Virus record (IMG/VR): IMGVR_UViG_3300021085_000143
Span: 1-29,952 of that record
DNA from: a virus
Lineage: Duplodnaviria > Caudoviricetes
Strand: one strand, 5' to 3'
Length of the DNA: 29,952 nt
This document shows, piece after piece, positions 22,787-29,952 of this stretch (position 1 is its first letter; each line of letters begins with the position of its first letter). Both the position numbers and the translations under genes were made by a program. Under the pieces are notes generated by a model. That model was not told the origin of the DNA, did no database searches, and saw nothing but the letters and a program-made list of their open reading frames with translations.

Positions 22787-24432
22787 GCATTGCAAACCTG
22801 AAAGGCCTGCCTAAAAGCAAAAATTATTCGGTAGAGACAGTAGATCGAGTTAAGGATCTATTAAACGCCGGAGACATTGATGTTAATGATGTTTCCGAAT
22901 ATTTTGACGTTCCTAAAAAATTAATTATTCAAAGCCTGACAGATATTTCTCCTGATGTTTACACCAAAGGGACTTTGACTGCGCCTCAAGTAGAAACAGT
23001 TCAAGATTTAATTAGAAAGGGCGTGGCAAGCACTGGAGATATTTCCGAGTATTTTAATGCGCCTCCAGAAATCGTAGAGCGCAACCTCACGCAAGAGTTA
23101 GGTTTTAATCCTGCGCAGATAGCAGAGGCTCAAGCAGGACTACCTATATCTGCATCTTCAGCGCCTCCGCCGGCAGCTATTCCGACGCCTGACCCGACGC
23201 CTGACCCGACGCCTACCCCGACGCCTCTCCCGACGCCTCTTCCGACGCCTCCGCCGGCAGCTACCCCAAGCGGTGTAAACGATCTTGATGCCCTGGCTGG
23301 TAGAAGCTACAACCTGGCTCCAGTAGCTACCACTCAATATCAAACTGGCAGCGCGATACCTACGGGCCTGCGTGGCTCTGAAATGGCTCTAAAGGGTGGG
23401 GCAACCGGCGCGATTGATATGCTGGATATGCTCGCCCGAGCCAGCAGGCAAGAGCTTTCAAACCAATACAACTTAGGGCTTGAGCAGGCAGGAGCGAGAG
23501 CTGCGGATGCCAGCGGATTTATCCAGCCTTATCAGCAAGCAGGCGAGACAGCCTTACAGCAGCAGATGGCATTGTCAGGAGCTCTAGGACAAGAAGCATT
23601 TGACCAGGCTTACCAAGAGTCACCGCAGATGGCGTTTTTGCGCGAGCAGGGCATGAGGGCTAACCTGGCCGGTGCAGGCGCTACAGGCGGGCTCGGTGGC
23701 GGTAATATTCAGAAAGAGCTACAGCGCTTTGGGCAGGGCCTTGCATCACAAGGCTTGCAAAATCAAATATCCAACCTCAGCGGATTGTCTACAATGGGCC
23801 AGAACGCTGCGGGCACGATGGCCAACATCCAAACGGGTCTTGGGTCTCAGCAGCTACAGGGCCAGCAAGCTCTCGGTAACCAGCTAAGCAATCAATTAAC
23901 AACCTACGGATTACCAGCAGCCCAGCAGATTGGGAATCTGGGAATTAATCTTGCTACCGGTAGAACAGTGGCAGGGCAGCAATTAGCCAACCAGTATGGC
24001 AGCGCAGCGGCAAACCTTGCAGATATCTACTCTAGCCAAGGTAGCAACCTGGCAAATATGCTTGGCGGTCAGCGCAACTTGTTGATGGACCAGTACAGTA
24101 ATGCGGCACTAAACGAGGCTAGGGCCCAGCAAGGCTACGGCGCGGATATGTCTAACATTCAAAGCGGTATTGGTGGCAGTATTGCCGGAGTCCCGCAGGC
24201 TCAGATCAACGTGCCTGATTATCAAGGCGGAGTGCAAAACGCATTGTATGCTGCCGGCGCAGGTTATAATCTATTTAACCAGCCAACTCAGCAAAATACG
24301 TTTACTCCTACAAATCCAAATCAAAAATTTACTCCGGCGCAAACCTACGCGTTTGGCCAGTTCATGAAACCGCACGGCATTATGCCTGCGCCCACCACTG
24401 CAGGAATGCCTGCTAATGGAATAGTTACTTAG
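22783..24432 (+). CDS. Ejection/DNA transfer protein, gp7-like core with N-terminal repeat extension
   Basis: QPYQQAG..AL and SP...F..EQG......A.ATGGLGGGN....L..FGQ.LA motifs; G/Q/N/A-rich. Confidence 0.7.
   Translation: MSIANLKGLPKSKNYSVETVDRVKDLLNAGDIDVNDVSEYFDVPKKLIIQSLTDISPDVYTKGTLTAPQVETVQDLIRKGVASTGDISEYFNAPPEIVERNLTQELGFNPAQIAEAQAGLPISASSAPPPAAIPTPDPTPDPTPTPTPLPTPLPTPPPAATPSGVNDLDALAGRSYNLAPVATTQYQTGSAIPTGLRGSEMALKGGATGAIDMLDMLARASRQELSNQYNLGLEQAGARAADASGFIQPYQQAGETALQQQMALSGALGQEAFDQAYQESPQMAFLREQGMRANLAGAGATGGLGGGNIQKELQRFGQGLASQGLQNQISNLSGLSTMGQNAAGTMANIQTGLGSQQLQGQQALGNQLSNQLTTYGLPAAQQIGNLGINLATGRTVAGQQLANQYGSAAANLADIYSSQGSNLANMLGGQRNLLMDQYSNAALNEARAQQGYGADMSNIQSGIGGSIAGVPQAQINVPDYQGGVQNALYAAGAGYNLFNQPTQQNTFTPTNPNQKFTPAQTYAFGQFMKPHGIMPAPTTAGMPANGIVT
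23162..23263 (+). repeat. In-frame 12-bp tandem repeat (CCGACGCCTnnn x6) flanked by 18-bp direct repeats
   Basis: Units start at 23182, 23194, 23206, 23218, 23230, 23242. CGCCTCCGCCGGCAGCTA at 23162-23179 and 23246-23263. Encodes a Pro/Thr linker. Confidence 0.9.
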
Positions 24433-24441
24433 AGGTTTACC

Positions 24442-25707
24442 ATGGCGGTAGATGTTGGAAGGGCCCTGATGGGATTAGGAGCAGCGGTAGGCGGACAAGC
24501 CCCGCAGTTCCGTCAACAGATGATGCAAGAAGACGAGCTCGCTCGCAAGCGCGGCTTAGAAGATGAGCAGGCGGCAGAGAAGCGCAAGCAGACTTTATTT
24601 GCGGACGCATCTGCGGCTAGTAATCTTTTGGATCAAGGTGACGTTGGCGGTGTTCTTGGATTAATGCAGGACCGCTTTCAGATACTCAGCCAGATTCCCA
24701 ACGTGGATACCAGTCATACGAAACGCTATTTGCAGCTCGCGCAAGCGGCAGCGGCTGGCGATATGGAGGCTAAGGATCGTCTTAAGACTGAGATGAATAA
24801 CGCCGTTACCGTTGGTAAGGCTTACAACCAGATCTCTGGAAGCAGGGATGCTCCTTCATCTTTTCGCTCTTTGCAGCTACAAGCTCAGGCAGCAGGGCTT
24901 CAACCAGGAAGTAAAGCCTATCAAGAGTTTATGCGCTACGGCGGCGCGTCTGGCCAGATGGGCGCAGCGAAAACAATTACATATAATAACGGCACAGTAG
25001 TTAAGATTACTCGCACCGGCGCCCCAGAAGTCTACGGGCCCAATGGACAGCTAGTAACTGATGAGACTCAAAAAGAAAGTGTTCTCACAGAGGCTAGAAA
25101 GGAAGGTATTGCTTACGAGGGCGACGTTGCTACAGCTAGGGCTCGAGGCACGGCTGAGGAAGGATTTGGTCAAGAAGTGCTTGAAAACGGTATCAGGCAA
25201 GCTAGAAACATTGGCAGGCTAAGAGATGCTCTTAAAATTCTTGAAAGAGTAGATACTGGTGGTTTTGCAGCAATCGGCTTAAAAGCAAGAAGAGCGCTGG
25301 GTCTGACAGATAAAGACGAAGCAAGGCTTGCATATATACTAAGAAAAAATGTATTGCAGCAATTAAAGCCGACATTTGGAGCCGCGTTTACAGCTCGTGA
25401 AGGCGATTTGCTTGCATCGATCGAGGCGAATGAAGATCAAAGCACTGCCGCTAACATAGCTTTGCTAGAAGATATGATTCGTGAAATGGAGCTCGATATA
25501 GACAGGGCTGAGCTATATGCCGCCGATATGGGCAAAGGCGGAGAACGAGCGCTTACAACCATGGAAGGATTTCAAAACAGAAATTTCTACACTGGTTTAG
25601 ATGGCGAGACACAAGGCGGGGGAGCAGGAGCTGGTGAACCAGAACCCAATCCTATTCCGGAAGGTCCTAGAGTAATAAGGTATGATGCCCAAGGAAACAG
25701 AATCTGA
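24442..25707 (+). CDS. Ejection/DNA transfer protein (gp20 position)
   Basis: Helical, A/Q-rich; LKPTFGA..T..EG motif; C-terminal RYDAQGN; synteny. Confidence 0.65.
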   Translation: MAVDVGRALMGLGAAVGGQAPQFRQQMMQEDELARKRGLEDEQAAEKRKQTLFADASAASNLLDQGDVGGVLGLMQDRFQILSQIPNVDTSHTKRYLQLAQAAAAGDMEAKDRLKTEMNNAVTVGKAYNQISGSRDAPSSFRSLQLQAQAAGLQPGSKAYQEFMRYGGASGQMGAAKTITYNNGTVVKITRTGAPEVYGPNGQLVTDETQKESVLTEARKEGIAYEGDVATARARGTAEEGFGQEVLENGIRQARNIGRLRDALKILERVDTGGFAAIGLKARRALGLTDKDEARLAYILRKNVLQQLKPTFGAAFTAREGDLLASIEANEDQSTAANIALLEDMIREMELDIDRAELYAADMGKGGERALTTMEGFQNRNFYTGLDGETQGGGAGAGEPEPNPIPEGPRVIRYDAQGNRI

Positions 25708-27527
25708 TGGATGAGATTAAAGTAATACTGGCCGATGGGACTGAGTTATATTTCCCGCTGGGCACAGATGACGCGATAATTGATGCCAAAGTAAAAGAGG
25801 TCGTTTCTGGGCAGTCTCAAGATCCTGTGGCTACAGAGAGGCGGGAGCCTATCGGTCTTGGCGCCCAAGCAGCGCTTGGTGCAACTCAGGCAGGCTTTGA
25901 TGCTCTCGGCGGCGAATCTACTCGAGCTCAGAAGGCAAACGAAATATTCGCATCTACTCTGAAAGGCGATCAATCTGTTTCAGAAGGTGTAACGCAGGCT
26001 TATGGCCAAGGCTTCGCTAGTCTTGGCGACCTAATAGGTAAAGGCGTAGGTCTCATTGGTGAAGGGGTCTCTAGCATGACCCCTGACGTTATTGAAGACG
26101 AGGTAATCAATCAGCTCGGCATTTTCTTTGATCAGCCTTTGATGCAGGCAGGAAAAGAAGCCATAGCAGCCGGCGGTGAGGCATGGGACCAGTTCTCACA
26201 AGAGAACCCGCGAGCAGCTCGCAACATTGAAGCAGTCGTCAATATTTCTGGCGCTACTGGCCTTGGCGGCCTTGGGAAGCAAAGCGCTGGTCGCTACGCA
26301 CGAACTTACGAGCCCACTAAGGCTAGAGAAGCTAGGCAGCTTATTGAGGGCGGTGAATCAACAGCTACACGGAATGTGACAGCCCCTTATCGCTTAGAGC
26401 AGGTTGAAGGCGCAGAGCCCACCATTGTTAGCGAGAGAGGGCCTCTGCCTAAGCCGGAAGTGCCGACTAGAGCGGTTAAGAACCCAACTCAGCAAGCTGC
26501 TATCAAGCAGGGATTCGATGAGGGCTTGGTCGCTATGATCCGAGAGGCTAGCCCTGCCGATCGCAGAAATATGCTAAGATCTCTCGAGATAATGAAGGAC
26601 GCCACCGAAGACAAAAGATTCAGCATGACCAATAGAACGACGGACATAGCTGGCGAATCCATACTTGATCGGTACAAACTGATTCGTGACGTAAACGAGC
26701 AAGCTGGCGCAGGCATAGATGATTATGCTGAAAAGAATCTAAAAGGACGCGCAGTAGATTTTGCAGAGCCTGTGCAAAATTTTGAGGAATCCTTGCAGAA
26801 ATTGGGCGTTAAGTTCAACGACGATCTAACTTTGGATTTTGAGTTATCGGCAATCGAGGACGTTGCTCCGGCAGAAAGAATACTTAATCAAATAGTTAAG
26901 CGTATGAGAGCCCCTAGGCAAGTTACTGCTTATGACGTTCACAACCTTAAGCGCTTTATTGACGAGCAAGTTAGCTACGGCAAAGCGACAGAGGGATTGA
27001 CCGGAAGAACTATCAATGTGATTAAGAATCTTCGCCGCGAACTAGACGGAATTCTGGATAACAAGTTCCCTGAGTATGACAAGCTCAACACTACCTACGC
27101 CGAGACAATTCAGGCGATGGATGATTTTAGCACAGCAATAGGCAGGACCATTGACCCTGACAGCCCTAGCGCAGCAACAGCTATCGGCACCTCTCTAAGA
27201 GGCTTGGGGTCCAACAGGCAAACTCGCGGCAGGCTTGTTGATTCAGTGTCAGAGTTAAACTCTCTGGGTAACAGGTATGGCAGCTTTGATGACGACGTGA
27301 TTACTCAAACCGCTTTTACTATTGACCTTGATAGAATATTTGGGACTAAAGCCGATACTAGCTTATCAGGGGTTCTAGGTGAGGCGGCAGCAACAATGCC
27401 TACAAGCACGGGCCAATTCGTCGGTGCGGCGGCGCGAGCAGCAGGAAATAAGCTCCGAGGCGTTAATCAAGAAAAGCAGTTTGAGGCGATGAGAAATCTT
27501 CTTAAAAGCTTTGAGCCCTCAAATTAG
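25707..27527 (+). CDS. Ejection/DNA transfer protein (gp16 position)
   Basis: Start ..LADGT.L.FP..T; 606 aa helical; NLKRFID...YG and LR..LD..L....PEY..LN motifs; synteny. Confidence 0.65.
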   Translation: MDEIKVILADGTELYFPLGTDDAIIDAKVKEVVSGQSQDPVATERREPIGLGAQAALGATQAGFDALGGESTRAQKANEIFASTLKGDQSVSEGVTQAYGQGFASLGDLIGKGVGLIGEGVSSMTPDVIEDEVINQLGIFFDQPLMQAGKEAIAAGGEAWDQFSQENPRAARNIEAVVNISGATGLGGLGKQSAGRYARTYEPTKAREARQLIEGGESTATRNVTAPYRLEQVEGAEPTIVSERGPLPKPEVPTRAVKNPTQQAAIKQGFDEGLVAMIREASPADRRNMLRSLEIMKDATEDKRFSMTNRTTDIAGESILDRYKLIRDVNEQAGAGIDDYAEKNLKGRAVDFAEPVQNFEESLQKLGVKFNDDLTLDFELSAIEDVAPAERILNQIVKRMRAPRQVTAYDVHNLKRFIDEQVSYGKATEGLTGRTINVIKNLRRELDGILDNKFPEYDKLNTTYAETIQAMDDFSTAIGRTIDPDSPSAATAIGTSLRGLGSNRQTRGRLVDSVSELNSLGNRYGSFDDDVITQTAFTIDLDRIFGTKADTSLSGVLGEAAATMPTSTGQFVGAAARAAGNKLRGVNQEKQFEAMRNLLKSFEPSN

Positions 27528-27543
27528 ATTATAGGAAACTACG

Positions 27544-29484
27544 ATGGCACGTTTCGGCGATTTTGACCAATACCTAGACAACGCTGGCGAACCTTTAGTA
27601 GAAGGCAAGCTTTACTTTTACGAGTCCGGCACTACGACTCCTAAGACGACTTTTGCGGATATCAATAACTCTATCCCGAACACTAATCCCGTTCTACTGT
27701 CTGCTGCCGGTCGCCAGCCCAACATCTTCTTTGACGGTGTTGCTAAGTGCATCCTTGCTAGCAATTCCGACGTTCAGATTGCGGTCCGAGATCCTGTAGG
27801 TGAAACAGATACGGACTTTGGAGACCAGTGGGTAGCCACCAAGATTTACAGCGCCACTGATGTGGTTTTAGGTTCAAACGGAATATTTTACCGATCACTA
27901 ATTAACGGCAACCAAAACAACGACCCGGTGACAAGCTCTGGATTTTGGACGCTTCTTTACTCTGTCGAATGGAGTGCTGGGATCACATACGACATTGGCG
28001 CGGTGGTTACATACGATAACCAGCAATACCAATCTCTCCAGGCAAGCAATACGAATAACCAGCCAGACACTGCTACAAACTTCTGGGTCCCTCTTAACTT
28101 CGCCTGGGTAGCAACTGCGACCTACGCAGAGGACCAGAACGTAGTCGGTACTGATGGCATTCTCTATACCTCACTGCAAGCAGCTAACATTGGTAATGAC
28201 CCTGCAACGTCACCTACTTACTGGGTAGGTACTTCAGCGGCGGCAGCGGCAAGTGCAGTAGCAGCAGCGGCAAGTGCAACTGCTTCAGCCTCAAGTGCAA
28301 CTGACAGCGCGAATAGTGCAACTGATTCAGCGAATAGTGCAACAGCATCCGCAGGAAGTGCAACTGCAAGTGCTTCAAGTGCAACTGACTCAGCCAACTC
28401 AGCCACGGCGAGTGCCAGTTCTGCCACGGATTCTGCCAATTCGGCTACGGCGAGTGCGTCATCTGCAACAGCGGCAGCAACCTCTGAGACTAATGCAGCC
28501 AACAGCGCCACGGCAAGCGCCACAAGCGCCACAGCCAGCGCAAACAGCGCAACAGCAGCAGCGGCTTCGGAAACGGCGGCAGCAGCTTCTGAGAGTGCGG
28601 CAGCAACATCTGCATCTAATGCAGCTACTTCAGAAACCAATGCGGCTAACTCGGCTACAGCAGCGGCTACCAGTGCTACTAACAGTTCTAACTCAGCCAC
28701 GGCAAGTGCGACCTCAGCATCCGAAAGTGCAACAAGTGCAACAGCATCTGCTGGATCAGCAACAGCAGCAGCAGGAAGTGCTACAGCGGCAGCAAGCTCA
28801 GCTACAGATGCAGCCAATTCGGCTACAGCAGCGGCAGGATCAGCCACAGCAGCTAGTGACAAGTTCGACGAGTTTGATGCTATTTACCTTGGCGAGAAGG
28901 CGTCCGATCCGACCCTGGACAATCAAGGCGCAGCCCTGCAAACAGGAGCGACTTACTTTAATACCACCAGCGATACCATGAAGGTATATGACGGTGCAGC
29001 CTGGCAGAACGTGGCTCCTACAGCCACTAGCGTCACAGTCGCTCAGATCAGCGACCTCGATGCTAATCTGGATAGCTTCTTGAAGCAGGACGGGACATCG
29101 GCAGAAGTTATATCGTTTGATTCTAGTCAGTATTTTGCAGGCACATTTTCTGACAAAGTAGTCGTCATAGGCAATACAGGTACGGCTCAAACCATTAATT
29201 GCAATGCAGGGACGGTGTATACTGCGACTTTAACTGGTAACTGCACGTTTACATTGGCTACGCCTAACCCGGACTCAAACAGGGCAACATCGTTTACACT
29301 AGTGCTTACGAACGACGCCACGGCCTCTAGGACAGTCGTTTTAGCGGGCGGGACATTTAAATATCCGGGCGGATCAATTAGTAGAAGCACGGGCGCTAAT
29401 GACGTAGACATTTGGTTTTTCTTTTCCCCCGACGGTGGGACAACGTGGTATGTAACAATACCGGCTAAAGATTTAACTACTTAA
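27544..29484 (+). CDS. Tail fibre/tailspike
   Basis: N-terminal virion-binding domain (D..G.PL..GKLYFY.SGTTTP...NTNPV.L...GR), three W...Y....V......Y.SL...N...P.....W repeats, an Ala/Ser/Thr heptad stalk and a beta-rich C-terminal domain. Confidence 0.85.
   Translation: MARFGDFDQYLDNAGEPLVEGKLYFYESGTTTPKTTFADINNSIPNTNPVLLSAAGRQPNIFFDGVAKCILASNSDVQIAVRDPVGETDTDFGDQWVATKIYSATDVVLGSNGIFYRSLINGNQNNDPVTSSGFWTLLYSVEWSAGITYDIGAVVTYDNQQYQSLQASNTNNQPDTATNFWVPLNFAWVATATYAEDQNVVGTDGILYTSLQAANIGNDPATSPTYWVGTSAAAAASAVAAAASATASASSATDSANSATDSANSATASAGSATASASSATDSANSATASASSATDSANSATASASSATAAATSETNAANSATASATSATASANSATAAAASETAAAASESAAATSASNAATSETNAANSATAAATSATNSSNSATASATSASESATSATASAGSATAAAGSATAAASSATDAANSATAAAGSATAASDKFDEFDAIYLGEKASDPTLDNQGAALQTGATYFNTTSDTMKVYDGAAWQNVAPTATSVTVAQISDLDANLDSFLKQDGTSAEVISFDSSQYFAGTFSDKVVVIGNTGTAQTINCNAGTVYTATLTGNCTFTLATPNPDSNRATSFTLVLTNDATASRTVVLAGGTFKYPGGSISRSTGANDVDIWFFFSPDGGTTWYVTIPAKDLTT
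28231..28857 (+). repeat. Low-complexity heptad repeats (SATDSAN/SATASAS/SETNAAN)
   Basis: Degenerate 21-bp periodicity encoding an Ala/Ser/Thr coiled coil. Confidence 0.9.
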
Positions 29485-29511
29485 TTTAAGAAAGCCTAGG
29501 AGGCTACTAAC

Positions 29512-29742
29512 ATGGCACTACCAGAAGAGTTGCAAAACCAAGTTGATTACCACGCAACTATAGACAATAACCGAATGGCTAACCAGAATGCGTCGGATTC
29601 CAAACGCGCTAAACTAGAAGTATTGCGGATGGCAAAAGAAATTGTTATGGAAAACCATCGCACAGCGGCGGCGGGGTCTGTTATTGGGGCTACCGATATA
29701 ACTGCTATGGCGACTACGCTCGAAGATTTTGTAAATAGTTAA
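29512..29742 (+). CDS. Hypothetical protein downstream of the tail fibre
   Basis: Strong SD AGGAGG; helical KLEVLRMAKEI...A..L..FV. Confidence 0.75.
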   Translation: MALPEELQNQVDYHATIDNNRMANQNASDSKRAKLEVLRMAKEIVMENHRTAAAGSVIGATDITAMATTLEDFVNS

Positions 29743-29952
29743 TGGAATCGTATGCGTATTTCTCAACGCCTATATACCGTGAAGAGCGGCCAGAGTGGGT
29801 GGGAGAAACGCTAAAGCATACCCATAAATACTATGAACAAATGGAGCCATCGGTAGTTAAACAGACTACGCACATGGCGAATGACCCTGACCTTGGGTAC
29901 TTAGCGTCCTACTTTCGAGACAAGGGCGTTAGTATTCTAAAGGATCAGGGTT
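29742..29952 (+). CDS. 5' part of a probable 2OG-Fe(II) oxygenase (TIGR02466-like), cut by the window edge
   Basis: TAATG-coupled; MESYAYFSTPIYREERPEW...DPDL..L..YF......IL.DQG; the frame is open to the window end. The catalytic HxH part is not visible. Confidence 0.5.
   Translation, partial: MESYAYFSTPIYREERPEWVGETLKHTHKYYEQMEPSVVKQTTHMANDPDLGYLASYFRDKGVSILKDQG

Noticed and set aside
23182-23250. Possible CRISPR-like or iteron array
   Set aside because: 12-bp in-frame units with 3-nt variable parts inside a CDS; no spacers and no cas genes.
2515-25495. Frequent GAGCTC hexamer
   Set aside because: Many copies are in-frame Glu-Leu codon pairs; without a codon-aware count I cannot claim enrichment.
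347-26716. Numerous other minus-strand and nested ORFs in the track (for example 347-733, 10892-11215, 13121-13420, 19356-19709)
   Set aside because: They lie antisense to or within well-supported genes, lack RBSs and show no recognisable motifs.
28218-28981. Long alternative-frame ORFs (28218-28862 minus; 28274-28981 plus)
   Set aside because: Shadows of the stop-poor Ala/Ser/Thr repeat in the tail fibre.
27544-29952. Diversity-generating retroelement or invertible cassette at the tail fibre
   Set aside because: No reverse transcriptase, invertase or TR/VR-like repeat pair seen in the window.

Overview
About 30 kb of a tailed-phage genome with a P22-like (podovirus) virion module; the gene content suggests a marine proteobacterial host (inference). 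Nearly all genes are on the + strand. Gene order: metallophosphoesterase and lysis genes (117-2760); early recombination and regulatory genes (ERF, lambda-exo/YqaJ, SSB-like, HTH, NinG; 2935-6400); a ~450-nt structured non-coding region (6400-6860); small early-gene cassettes behind sigma70 promoters; SF2 helicase and a primase-type Zn-finger protein; terminases, portal, a PT-TG/ADP-ribosyltransferase-like gene, scaffold, P22-type coat, three small basic proteins, gp4/gp10 tail proteins, four ejection-type proteins and a tail fibre. I see no integrase, CI-type repressor, DNA polymerase or replication initiator. Main unexplained signals: (1) a ~70-nt minus-strand two-hairpin RNA (2759-2830) whose loops are complementary to the ribosome-binding sites of seven early genes, a candidate multi-target RNA repressor placed where a cI gene would normally be; (2) a sense/antisense structured RNA locus at 6400-6860 resembling an RNA-controlled replicon; (3) a shared C-terminal [TK]-[FY]-E motif on the scaffold and the three basic proteins after the coat gene; (4) a toxin-like gene after the portal with a convergent acidic ORF missing from the ORF track. 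All protein family calls come from motif recognition by eye, not from database searches.
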